A DNA stretch of 64,000 nt from Psammoneis japonica (GCA_008632985.1 QPGO01000019.1:310001-374000), one strand, 5' to 3'; shown: positions 11,985-23,706, counted from the first letter of the stretch. The notes: generated from the sequence alone by a model not told the origin. Program-made: numbers and translations.

Positions 11985-13692
11985 CTAGTATCGGTTCCAA
12001 TAGCCGGTTGTATGACCATGTGCCTTGTTACATGTTTCAGCATACACGCTTTCGCCGGGCTTTGGGTGATGGTGCTACGAAGAAAAGAAGAGCAGAACAA
12101 TGGAATACCACTGAGACCTCAGCTAGCCCAGAGGTACTCGGACGTTTTGACAAACTCACCTGTGAGAGGCATCTCCCTCTGTTTTTCATGGGCCGAATAT
12201 CGAATCTGCTTCCACGAAAGTCACCCTTGTTAGCCACCCACCTGTTGACGGAACACATGGTGATGCACGCCTGAGAGATCTGTTTGCGCTACGGCCTGAA
12301 CAACGCATTCGTGGTAACAAAAACCTACCTTTGTCGATCCGTCCCTGTTTTGCATCTTTGTAGCTTTATTGAACTGCTCCCCGTGAGTTCAATGCATTCG
12401 TCACTCCCACTTTTCTTTATCATTACGGCGCTGCCAGATAGATATAGGAATTGCCACTTTGTGCTGCTGGACTTGCAAGTTTCGATTTTAATTTTGGAAC
12501 CGGAATTTACCATGCAATAGATCCTTTCTTTCCTACTCTCCTGCCAACGATAACCCTGTTGCCAATAAAGCCTCAACCGATGGCGTCCTCCACTCGAAAC
12601 TGGACCTGGTGACGGCGTTGGATTAGGCGTCGGTCGACTTGATGACGGGGGCGCATTCCCCGTTTTGAAACAGAAGTCCTTCCCCTTCGTTCCTCTTCCA
12701 CTACAATCGAGATGAAGAACCATGTAAAAAGTGACCAAGGAAATTAAGGGGGCAATTTGGAACAAATAGGCAACACATATGAACTCACGAGCAGCCTGGA
12801 ACACTTTCGTATCTCCGGCGGTGAAAACACTTCAATCCTGGGCGGCACTGCCTGTCATTATCGCACTAATTAATAGCAGCAAATTGGTAAGAAAGCGGCA
12901 TTGGCGCCAATGAAAGTCTGCACGACAAGTCGATACTCACATCACCTTCACACTACTCGCAAAAAGAAAAGAAGAAAAGGCCCAAATGAGCGTAACTGCT
13001 TGAAGCGAATGACTACAGACAAGCAATACTTACGAGGCCGAGAGGAAGGCAGGTGAAGGAGAACCGTTGTCACCACGCATTTGAAGGCGAGGCAAACCAT
13101 CGTTGAATGGGGCGGGCACAGGAGAAGGCGTAGGATTCGGGCCGCCACCGCCTTTTTCAATCCGAATATCGTACAAGCTATAGCCGTAGCGAGTCCACGG
13201 CTAATACCTTTCATTCGAACATAGCGAGCTCTTACATTAGGCGAAATGTTGATCCTATCAACCCCACCAATACCGCCTCTCACTTTAACTCTCTCCTCCC
13301 AGTTGCGAGCATCTAGGGAGGTTTCGATATCATATGCCGCTCCAAAAGCAGTTTCCCAAGAAAGCACAACTCGAGAAATATCATAGGAGGCTCCCATATC
13401 CACGTAGATCCACTGATCGTCAGTCCTTTCGCTTGACCAACGTGTCGTGCTGCTTCCATCAATTGCGTATTTGGCGGACAAGAGCTCTTTTCGTCAGAGG
13501 AAGAAACCACTCGCACTCGAGGGAGGACGGCTGAAGACGTCGCTCGCTTTCTTTAACAACGTGAGGTATCTCTGCGATTGGGACCAACTGAGATGATTTT
13601 GCACACACTGTGTAATTTGACAGCATGGTGGAGCAGTTTCCACCCCCGAGCAAGGACCATAAAATGCAAGACAGAAGAAGCTTCAACTTCAT
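11985..13692 (-). CDS. Frustulin-like secreted protein with an N-terminal F5/8 type C (discoidin/CBM32-like) domain, one ACR domain and a Trp-rich domain; several apparent 1-nt frameshifts
   Basis: Signal peptide MKLKLLLSCILWSLLGG; AKYAIDGSSTTRWSS..DDQWIYVDMG..YDISRVVLSWE...ARYVRM (F5/8C); CSGRGTKGKDFC; RLRLYWQQGYRWQE; last exon HHPKPGESVYAETCNKAHGHTTGYWNRY*. Confidence 0.8.
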
Positions 13693-14043
13693 CGTTGGAG
13701 GAGTGAGAGAGAGATGTGAATACAGAAACGACGCCCTTCCCCTTTTGCAGCTATGATCTGCATTAAAAAGGATCAGACATGATGGGGAAGTCCCGGTGTT
13801 TTTTGTGGCCTGCCGAGGATTTGATTTTTTGTAATTCTAATACTGTATTTATGACGTAATACAATAATTCAACGGGTAGTTAATATTATTATTCAAGGCT
13901 TCATACATTGTTTCCGTTGTGGCAAATTCAACGCCTTTATGACGTTTCAATGTCTTTATAGGCGAATATGTAGAATTTTTTCAAAATTTGTCCACTTGAC
14001 GCTTGTCTTTATTTTTTGTTTTTTGCACCAACAGGCATAACAA

Positions 14044-14152
14044 CGCAAATGCATCAAGATGACGCCGTGGGGGATCGGCTTTTCGTTCGTTTTTGGATTG
14101 GTGGCTGGATTTTTTGCCAACATGTGCCGATCAGGTGAACGTCTGCGAGGAC
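14044..14152 (+). repeat. Left copy of a ~110-bp imperfect direct repeat flanking the racemase-like gene
   Basis: TGACGCCGT...TTTTTGGATTGGTGGCTGGATTT...CGATCAGGT..AACGTCTGCGAGGAC, also present at 15314-15424. Confidence 0.85.
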
Positions 14153-14303
14153 CCGTCGAAATCCTGGGCGGAATCAATCGACCATCCCATTCGTGCTTCG
14201 TTGACAAATGCCGAGTCGTGCTCAAGCAAGGGTTACAACTTTACAACCCGATACGTACATCCCCACTCCTTGGCTGGTAAAAGGAAAACAAATGCTTTTC
14301 TTT

Positions 14304-14309
14304 AGGAGA
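14304..14309 (+). promoter_or_regulatory. Shine-Dalgarno-like AGGAGA 7 nt upstream of ATG 14317
   Basis: TTTAGGAGATCAAACCATG; a short motif that could be chance. Confidence 0.5.
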
Positions 14310-14316
14310 TCAAACC

Positions 14317-15129
14317 ATGAATAGTTTGGAGTATGTCAAGTGCTCCCCCAGTGGGAACATCACTGTATTGATCTTTAGCGATGTTGAAAGATCTTTGCAA
14401 GCCCAAGTTGCCCGCTTGATCATTGAAAAACAACCGGATGTCGAGCAGGTTGGATTCGTTGAAACCCCGACAAACCCCGAGGCTTTTGCTCGTCTGCAAA
14501 TGATGGGCGGAGAGTTTTGTGGAAATGCAACGTGTGCGCTGGGATGGGTGCTTTGGAAAAGGTCAGCGTTTCAACATGGCTTGTTGGAAGTCAGCGGAGC
14601 CGGTACACCGATTGAAGTGAGTGTCCATGGTCGCAAAGTCAAAGTGGATATGCCGGTTAAACAAGATGTATGTAGCATCAAAGAATTGGACGAAAATACA
14701 TTCGTTGAAATGGAAGGCATCAGCCATATCATTGTTGATGGCAAGCCGCCGTTAGATGTAGAGGATGAAGTCAATAGGCTGTTGCGGCAAATCAATTTGG
14801 ATGAATTGGAAGCTGCCGGCGTGATGTATGTCGAGGTTAATGTTGATCGCGTCGATATGATGCCAATTGTTTGGGTGCGACAAACCGATACCCTAATATA
14901 TGAGAGTGGATGTGCGTCGGGGAGTTTGTGTGTCGCCTTGTGGCATGCTCAAATGAGCGGTTCAAGTAGTACTCGACTGGCTATACACCAGCCCAGCGGG
15001 AGCGTGATTGATACTTTGATAGAAGTTGAGGAGGGATCAACTTACAAAGCGACGATCGCTGGTGAAGTGGAAATCCTTGAAGAGGGCATTCTGCATCTTG
15101 AATATAGTGCGCTGAACCGACAGTTTTGA
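14317..15129 (+). CDS. DapF-fold PLP-independent amino-acid racemase/epimerase, histidine racemase CntK-like, 270 aa, intronless
   Basis: SPSGNITVL, EQVGFVE, MMGGEFCGNAT (first catalytic Cys) and YESGCASGS (second catalytic Cys). Confidence 0.8.
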   Translation: MNSLEYVKCSPSGNITVLIFSDVERSLQAQVARLIIEKQPDVEQVGFVETPTNPEAFARLQMMGGEFCGNATCALGWVLWKRSAFQHGLLEVSGAGTPIEVSVHGRKVKVDMPVKQDVCSIKELDENTFVEMEGISHIIVDGKPPLDVEDEVNRLLRQINLDELEAAGVMYVEVNVDRVDMMPIVWVRQTDTLIYESGCASGSLCVALWHAQMSGSSSTRLAIHQPSGSVIDTLIEVEEGSTYKATIAGEVEILEEGILHLEYSALNRQF

Positions 15130-15313
15130 GTGCGGTTATCTCGACTGTACCCCAAGTTTGGGTTCAATCATTGGGTAGAGGAACCAAATTCAAATTAGGG
15201 GGTTGAAAACAAAACAAAATATCTATGAATGCATTCGTGGGATACCAATATTTTAATGATTGTCGGTCCGGATTGACCGACAACAGACAGAAGGATCGTT
15301 TCAAACCGATTAT

Positions 15314-15424
15314 CGCAAGATGCAAGCTGACGCCGTCGGGCATCGAGATTGTTGTTCGATTTTTGGATTGGTGGCTGGATTTGTTTCTGTTATCTGTCGA
15401 TCAGGTCGAAACGTCTGCGAGGAC
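15314..15424 (+). repeat. Right copy of the ~110-bp direct repeat
   Basis: Matches 14044-14152, including an identical TTTTTGGATTGGTGGCTGGATTT core. Confidence 0.85.
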
Positions 15425-16012
15425 GACCTTTGCTGTGCGTGGCAGTCACAGACACTATCAACCCATGTACGATAGGGAGCTTGAGTGAACCAAGGGAATC
15501 CTCCAGCAATGGCGGAGCGAGCTACAACATCGTAGTAGGCCTACCATAGTTGGAAGTGAATGTGGATATGGCTGGGATTGCTCTTGAAGTGACTATACTA
15601 CGCCGCAAAAAATTCTTGCTAACAATATGTTTTAATCTCTGTCGTGCAGTCGCCCGCTGACAGACACCTAGTAAAAGGAATGCAATGGGTTCTTCGCAAT
15701 GCAATGTCAATGCAAAACAAAGGACCGATGACAACTTTGTGATTAGCGATATGACACGCCGCTTTCAAGCACGAGGCAACACTGGAGACGTCAATCTCTT
15801 GGTCCATACTGGACGCGTTACTAGAGATCGAGAGATGGATTTATTTACAACTGTTCGTTGGCATCGATCGAGCTAAACACAAGCCGTACTATGGATCATC
15901 TTCTATTGCTTTCTATGGTATTATGTTCCTATTGCCCTGATAACAATCTGAACTCAGGGTTTCCCCAGTTGGATGGTTTTCTTTTTCGTTGGTGTATTCT
16001 GTAGAGCATCTT

Positions 16013-16954
16013 TCAAAAGCGCTCCCAGTAGCCCGTGTCTGTATGATGTGCCACCTCGCAGTCTACAACATAAACGATTTCGCCACTCTTTGGGTGGTGA
16101 TGTTGAGACAAGCAGCCTTGTCCTTGACCAGACGGTCTCATGTCGAATCGACGTCCAAGCCAATTACCCATCCAACGTTGTCTAGGGTTGGAAGAATCGC
16201 AGTCCTCGTATGTAACTTTTCTTAACCTGTTCGTTCGAGGCATCTGTCGCGGTCGTCAACCTTAATCATGTCTCCTTCGCCTGGTAAGTACACAATCTCG
16301 AACTTTGTTGAGCTTGATCTGCATGTCCTAATGGCGGTTTCTTGTCCGTCTCCAGTGTATGCATGCACCAGAATGTCTCTCGAAACGTCTCTTGCCAAAA
16401 GTATTCTTCGTGCCAAAATAGACTACATCAATGGGGAGTAGAGTAGAGAAAATAGGTAAGACTCGGGTCGTTGAGACAACAATGCTCAAGCAACAGATGG
16501 TTTTCACGACTTACCGCAATCGAAAAGAACCTGTAGGTAGTTCCGGCAGTGTGACAGATATGGTTGGTGTTGTTACAGATTGGTCATTTTGGGGCGTTGC
16601 TGGCTCTACTCTTGGTTCTAGTAACGTCAAAGTACTAGTGGTTGACTCGTGCCTTGGTCGGTAGCAATAATTCATGCCGGGTTCACCGACGCCACTGCAT
16701 CCAAGCACTGGCTCTGTATCGCCGCGAAAATAGCATCTCAAATCATCTTTACAGTGATCGTTGCTGTAGCAGCTTCCTTGACAAATATCGAGCAATTGGT
16801 TAGAGCTGACTCTGACTACATGTTCCAGTTCTGGATAGTCGTGGTGCGGAAGTTCATTGTTTTCAACGTGTCTCAGAAATTGTGAAGCCACGCCAATGTT
16901 TGACCAAATTCCTGCTGTGAGGATGATTGCGTTGGAAATATGAAATATTCTCAT
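16013..16954 (-). CDS. Third frustulin-like gene: one ACR-like domain, Thr/Pro linker, Trp-rich domain; possibly frameshifted
   Basis: MRIFHISNAIILTAGIW signal; CQGSCYSNDHCKDDLRCYFRG..EPVLGCSGVGEPGMNYC; GSFRLR followed by an intron; CLSQHHHPKSGEIVYV.DC..AH.TDTGYWERF*. Confidence 0.75.
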
Positions 16955-17873
16955 TGTTAATCCACAAGTGGATTTGATTTTGTGTTGTTGTTGTTGGATT
17001 GAGGAACCAGGATTGTAAAATGCGAAAGATGGGACCGCGTTTCGTCGGCCGTGACTGATCTGAGTTGGATGGTCGCGTTTCCTGAACATGGTTGCAATAT
17101 CGATTATTAAGATCTTTCGAAAATTTATTATAATCATTCACGAACGCGAGTCGTGACTTCACAAAGAAGACTGGGAATCGCGCTTTTTCTGCTCGAGCAG
17201 AGACCACGAACAGCATTCGGGAAAAGCTCTCTACTCTACCGGTACAGAGTACCTCTAGAGGATTGAGTACCAAAAACGCAACGAAACGATTTTGCTTTAG
17301 GACCTTACTCAACTATGTCGACGAAGACAGCATGGTGCACGCGTACTCTGACAGCAAAAAGATGAAACAACAAGAACAAGAAGAGAAGGCAACCACAGCC
17401 AGGAGAACCCGCTGCAAGCTCATCCTCTCTAGAGCATGATATTACATGAACTTAACCTTGGTCACCAGAGCTTCAAACCTGTAATTCATGGGTTTGACCG
17501 GCCTTTTCGGACACACTCTCAGCAAAGTGAAAATCTCTACCGGTACTGTATTATCTACCGGTATGGCAATGCTGTGTGCACGCGTGGGACCAAAAACCGC
17601 GCCGGTTTTCATGACGTCAATCACGCGTCAGCGTACTTAGACTTTCTGTATATTTCTACATACTTTTGTTTCTCCGTAGATTTCTAGTACGAATCGTGGG
17701 ATGACTTCAACCGCACGCTTCGCTTGTGTCCTCATCGCCAAATCTCACGACATCACCATTTTTTCTCACTCATCACAACATAATAGTCAGCTCCCACAAG
17801 TAAACAACAGGTCAAGTTGCTCCGTATTTTTGTGGCGTTGGGTTTGACAGGTTCTTTACAGTCAAGTTATACC

Positions 17874-20800
17874 ATGAGATTTTGGGTTGCTCTTGCGGCT
17901 CTGTTGGGGAATGAATCGTTGAGAAGAACAGATGCGTTTTTTGCTCCAGCTACAATAAGAAAACGACTAGTAGTTGTCGTTGCAGCCAATGGGGAAATAA
18001 CTCCCGGATTCCATGGTCAAAACAACAATGAATATGATTATGGCTATGAACGTAAGGAGAACCCTCCAAAGGGTGCGTTTTCGAGATGATCCGTCTCATT
18101 TGCGCACCTGAACTTTTCCTGATCCTCTCTATCGATGATGTTCTCTCACGTTGTCTTTTCTTGTTTTCTTGCTATTTGTACATGATGCTAAACTGGTAAC
18201 TTAACAGACCCATTCGAAGATGCAATACCTAGAAAAATTGTTGGTGGACAAGCGAAGCCAAGCAGTCCTTTTGGTATGTATCTCGTGCATTCGAGGAAAT
18301 TATTCTCGTGCAATACAATTTTCTGACGCCCGTTGTTTCAAATATTTCGCCAGGTCCAAACGCTGGTTTTAATAATCCAAATCCAGACCAACCCGATGGA
18401 GAGCAATTTCCTTCCATTCCAGGTGCGTAGAAAAGAGCTTGGCAATTTTCTAGGCTTTTCAAATTGTAGAATATACGGGGATCGTCGTTACTCATTCCCG
18501 CCTTTTTTTTCGATTGATGTAGCCACGAGTCTAGGAACCGTACCACCAAGAGGACAGCAATTTCCCGGTATGTATTGCTCAACTCTGTTTGTTTAGCTCT
18601 TTTTTTTAATTTCTTTTGTTCCTCAAAAAATACCCATGATTGACTATTCAGAGGCTAGTAGTGAAGGTTTTCCTGGACAAGCAAGTCGTGAACAACAACA
18701 GTTTGGCGCAAGTAGTAGTAGCTTTGGCAGCAACAATAGTCCTGGTGGTGCGTAAACATTGGAGGATGGTTAGCACGTGGTCTTTGTGAACTACAATCCC
18801 TTACCACCGCTTGTTGTATTCAAATCCTGTATTGTTTATAGCCTCGAGCTTTCCCGGACAAGGTAGCAACAATGATCAACCACAGCAGTTTGGTCCTACA
18901 TCGGGTGCCGGTAGCCCGGGTGCGTGAAAGTCAACAATTTCGCTGTATTTCCTCCTGTGCCGAAAAAGTCTGTTACTGACACAATCTCTTTGAATACTAT
19001 AATTTTGATTCAGATCCTGGCGCAAGATCGTTTCCTGGGCAACCGCCTGGTGGTGGACAACAACAATTTGGAGGTGGTAGCTTTGGATCTGCAGGTCCTG
19101 GTGCGTACATTTGCTCATGCAGGACTGTCGCCGCGTACCTATTCTTTGTTTTGGTTCTCAAACGATTCATCTCAATTTTGTGGCGTCCTCTTTTTCTTGA
19201 ATCGATTTTATTCGCTTAGCCACGGGTGGACCACCTTCTCCTCCTGGACAACAGCAGTTTGGAACATCGTTTGGAGCAGGCAGTCCTCCTGGTGCGGGCG
19301 CTAGTAATCCCGGTATGTTTTGAAATGACCGAGTTGATGTCTTGCAGTATTATCCTTTTGTCTTGCCATCCAATTGCTCACTTTGAAGCTCTTGCGCCTG
19401 ACTTGATACCTCTCCTTTGTAGCCTCAGGTGGTCCCGGTTCCAAGTTTCAAAGTTTTGGGGCAGGTGGGCCTAGTGCGTTATCTCGTGTGGCTGCATTGA
19501 TTTGTTCACTTCTCGTCCATCCCTTCCCCGTCCGCCCAAAGATCTAACCCTTCAATGCTTGCTTTGTGAATCGACGCTTTCCTTCAGCAACACGTACGCC
19601 AGGAGCTCCTGGAGAGTCAGCGGGTCAACAGTCTTTTGGCCCTAGTTTTGGTGCTGGTAGCCCTACTGGTACGTTGGAATTTTTCTTATTGTAGCTGTTG
19701 CGTGTTCTGATTATTGGAGTATTTCTCATTTTTTTCAAACGTCCGATTGTTTAGCACCGACGCAAAGCTCGTTTCCTGGTCAAGGATTCAATGCTCGTCC
19801 CGGTAAGTTGGTTCATGTTGTGCTTGTGTTTACGTGTGAGCACCGAGTTAGGCTTGTTGCTTTTCGTATTCAAAAGAAATCTGACGTGCTTGCTTTTTCT
19901 TGTGAATAATGTGTCGTAGCCTCGACTCCAGGCGGTAAGATCGATTCAGACCAACCGACATTCGCTTCGCCTGGCGGTGAGTACAATTATCAAAGTTGCG
20001 TGAAACGAGAATTGCCACGACCCAGTTTCTGAAGCAGAACTTTCTATTCCCTCTATCAGCCATAGGAGCGCCTCCAATGCCTAATACGAACCGCGGGAAT
20101 AGCTTTCAGGGGAACCAACCTCCTTCGCCTCTACAAGGACCAGGTTCCAGCTCTTTTCAGGGAACGTTCCAGGATCCCTCTACAGCGGCTTTTCAGGAAT
20201 CTCCAACATCCTATCAGGAATCGCCTCCTCTTCCTTTAAATATGCCTCCTGTATCACCTCATTCCACGCGGCCTCGTCCCGGTTTATCAAATGTGATTGA
20301 CAAGGACATTAGAAATATTTTTGCAAAGAATCAACTCTGGATAGAAACCAAAAAGACGGAGGATCCTGAATTCTTTGAGAAACTCGGAAGTGGTCATAGC
20401 CCTGCATACATGTGGATTGGGTGTGCCGATGCTCGGGTTCCAGCAAACGAAATCATGGGGGAAGATGCAGGCTCGGTGTTTGTGGTGCGAAATGTTGCAA
20501 ATTTGGTGGTGGGCACAGATTTCAATCTCATGGCAGCCCTTCAGTTTGCGGTTGATGTTTTGAAAGTCCCTCACATTATCGTGTGTGGGCATTATGATTG
20601 CGGGGGTGTTCGGGCCTCGATGCAGAACGAGGACCACGTTCCGCCACTTGAAAATTGGCTCAGAAACATTCGTGATGTGTACGTTTCGCCGCGCCTCATA
20701 TCGTTTCCTCTTTACCATGCGTTTGTCTGATCTTGCTGTACTGTCACTCTCTTCCATAGATACCGACTTCATCGGAGGGAGTTGGACAGAATCCGCAACC

Positions 20801-21248
20801 CTGAAAAGCGACATCGGCGACTGGTGGAGCTCAATGTAATTGAACAATGCATAAATCTGTTCAAGACTGGAGCCGTACAGCGACGACGAGTTCAAACATT
20901 CAAGGAGGGGGCTGAGTATACCACACCGCGCATTCATGCTTGCGTGTTCGACCCCGGTACAGGAGAGATGAAGAACCTCAAGGTAAGTACAAGACACGTG
21001 TCTGAATAGCGGTTTGTGAAAAAGTCGCTAACCTTTTGCTATTGTGGATTTTCCCCATCTTTAGGTTAATTTCAAGAAGTACATCAAGGAGCTTCACAAG
21101 TAAGTTGAAGTTCACGGTTTCGCCTTTCCCTTTCTGTTGAAAGCATTGCTCACTTTATCCTTCCATACGTTTGTTGCACAGCATTTATGACTTGTACACA
21201 GTCGAAGACGAAATCAAGGACAAGACACCGCATGCGCCAGGACACTAG
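17874..21248 (+). CDS. Beta-class carbonic anhydrase with probable bipartite plastid targeting peptide and long G/P/Q/S/F-rich multi-exon N-terminal extension
   Basis: Zn-ligand motifs WIGCADARVP and CGHYDCGG, plus VRNVAN and ELNVIEQCINL; start MRFWVALAALL...TDAFFAP; stop TAG at 21246-21248 after further introns. Linkage of the upstream exons is inferred. Confidence 0.85.
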
Positions 21249-21336
21249 AGGGCATCACGGTATATAGAAATTCTTCTGCTATCTATTTTGAGACAGCCAG
21301 CGCACGGGGGGCGGTGCGGTTGGCTGTTTCACCTCG

Positions 21337-21595
21337 TTGGATTCGAAAGAGCACTCATCCACAAAATCTCTAGAACTTCAGAAAAATAAATTCATAGAGA
21401 TAGTTTCAAAGGTCTATTATATTTCACTACTCTCTAGAGTCTTCGGGTGGAGATGCTGTTTCAATATTGGACTCGAAAGAGCACTAATCCACAAAATCTC
21501 TAGAACTTCAGAAAAATAAATTCATAGAGATAGTTTCAAAGGTCTATTATATTTCACTACTCTCTAGTCTTCGGGTGGATATGCTGTTTCAATAT
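21337..21595. repeat. Near-identical two-copy tandem duplication of ~130 bp, TA-rich
   Basis: TTGGA(T/C)TCGAAAGAGCACT...GGTCTATTATATTTCACTACTCTCTAG...GCTGTTTCAATA occurs twice. Confidence 0.95.
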
Positions 21596-21701
21596 CCACC
21601 ATGCGTGTTTTCCCTAACACACTAACTACTTGAAGCCCCCAAGAATGCCCAAGAGAATTCCATTTTCTTTACCCGTATATTACTTTTTTCGCTAATTGAC
21701 A

Positions 21702-23028
21702 TCAAATAAGCTCCATTCTAAGCTTCTTTGCCGGACTAGCGTTGAAAACTGCCTCATAATCGTCTTGCACACATTGCTTACACCACGTGCCCGAGAAGAA
21801 TGCTCCAGCGCATGCACAATTGCTGCAAATGTCGGAACCACAAAGTCCACAGACCAACAATAGATCGCACGAGTTGCAATAGGTTTCACAGCAGAACTCG
21901 CAAGCCATGGAATTGCCACTAGTGCATGAGGAGCAAAAGGTTGTCCCACAAACGGCACAATAGGCGATACAATCCGTGCAAAGCTCGCAGAAATCTAGCT
22001 CACATATATTGCACGTTGCAGCTGGACACTTGCTACAAATGGCTCCTTCACAAGAACCGCACAACGCAAGGAGCTCGCATGACTTGCAATAAGTATCGTA
22101 GCAAACATCGCATGTCTCGTCATCCCGGCACGTGGCGCAAGCGCTAATCCCACAAGCAGCGCACTTTTTGACATCCATGCAATTCATGCAGAAATCGTCT
22201 TGACAAACATCACAATGGCCAATCCACATGCACCACGGTAGTTTGCGATTCATTCGATCTTGACAAAAGGTTCCGTTGCACATGGAGCAATTCTTGGGGA
22301 CTTTGCATTCAAGGCAATAGTGTTCATGGCAATTCGTGCACCGAAACAGAGGGGGGCAGCAGCTTTTGTTATTCTCTCGGCATGTGACTTTGCCACATCC
22401 CGCACATTCAAAGCAGGAAAGCGTGGATCCTTATGTTCCGTCACGACCTGAATCTTGCACGTGTCACATACCTGTTGGTTCTGCTTAAGCCTCTGGATCT
22501 TGCAAGCGTCAAGTTCATGCATAAACTCGATTTGCATTTCTTCATCGTCTTCATCAAGACAACTGCCCGGAATTTGAACACGATTCAACTTGTAGGGTAG
22601 CATGGACCGTAAAGTATCAATCAGCATGCTCTTGTTGTCTACAGAATCACCATTATAATACCACGTTCGAAAATGTACGTGCTCCAACACGCGTGATCCC
22701 CGAAGCACCGATAGACAACCCAGTCCTGAAAGGTTGTGTAAATAGATTGACATTTTTTCGTCACTTCTATTGCATTGACTCGTAGAAAAAGACTTTGCAA
22801 TACATCATCCGTAAGTTTGGCTTTCAAATGCTTGGGTACTAGTTTTGGAAAATCCATCTCTTCCCACAACCACGAGCACTCGCGATAAATGTGGGTCCGT
22901 GCATAGCGATTGCACGATGCCAATAAAGTCAATGCTGCGATATCCAAAAAACCAAGCACAAATCTGGATAACTCGGACGGTAAGCCGTCAAAGAGCTTGT
23001 TACGACAGGGTGGTTCCGCATCGTCCAT
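21702..23028 (-). CDS. F-box-like protein with C-terminal CxxC-rich region, copy A (apparent frameshifts)
   Basis: FDGLPSELSRFVLGFLDIAAL..LASCNR....W; many CxxC pairs; ends SPAKKLRMELI (NLS-like). Split over ORFs 22639-23028, 22250-22753 and 21702-22283. Confidence 0.7.
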
Positions 23029-23430
23029 GGTCGCAGAGCGCTAGCCCTATCTCCTCTGAATTTTGGCTGAACAAGATCCTGTGAGTACGGTACCGTAGTA
23101 TTGGGTACGGAAGGATATTTGTTAGTATCTTCTCTGAATTGAAAAGGATATTTGTTTATTGAATAAGCATTTTGGTTTTTTCTGGAGGTCTAAGTAGTAG
23201 TTTCGCTGTTTGCACTCGTGACTCGTGATTCAATTCAATCTTAAAATTTACACCGCTTCTTAGAGCGGCCACCTAAGGCTTACGCCCGATTTTCCCTTTC
23301 AATCCACAACCATAGATGGGGACAGAACGTCAATTTACAAAACAAGTGCACTTCTCGCATGCAGTTGTGGGGCGATGGTTGCTGCTCTTCATCGTCAGGA
23401 GAGGGCCTGCAGTCTTTTGGTGGCCGCTGG

Positions 23431-23706
23431 TGACAGGATTTGAACAGGATTTAGGTGCGCGCGAAATGTCGCGCGCTGTTTAGTTTACCGCGCACAGTTT
23501 TGTGTGCTTTAGTTCCGCGCGCTCGCGCGCGATGTAGTTTGCTTTCGAGCCACAAGGCTCACAAGAATAACAACAGCAGCCCGATCATACCGACTTACAC
23601 GTCTTTCGGCTCCTGTGACGGTCTCTGAGTGGAGACTCATCTGCTGTTTAGACAGCAGTAAGGAGTCATTGTTTGAATTCTTGCCACTTGCCTTCAATTT
23701 CTGTCA
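23431..23706 (+). repeat. 5' LTR
   Basis: Aligns without gaps to 30292-30567 with 17 differences, all transitions. Confidence 0.97.
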
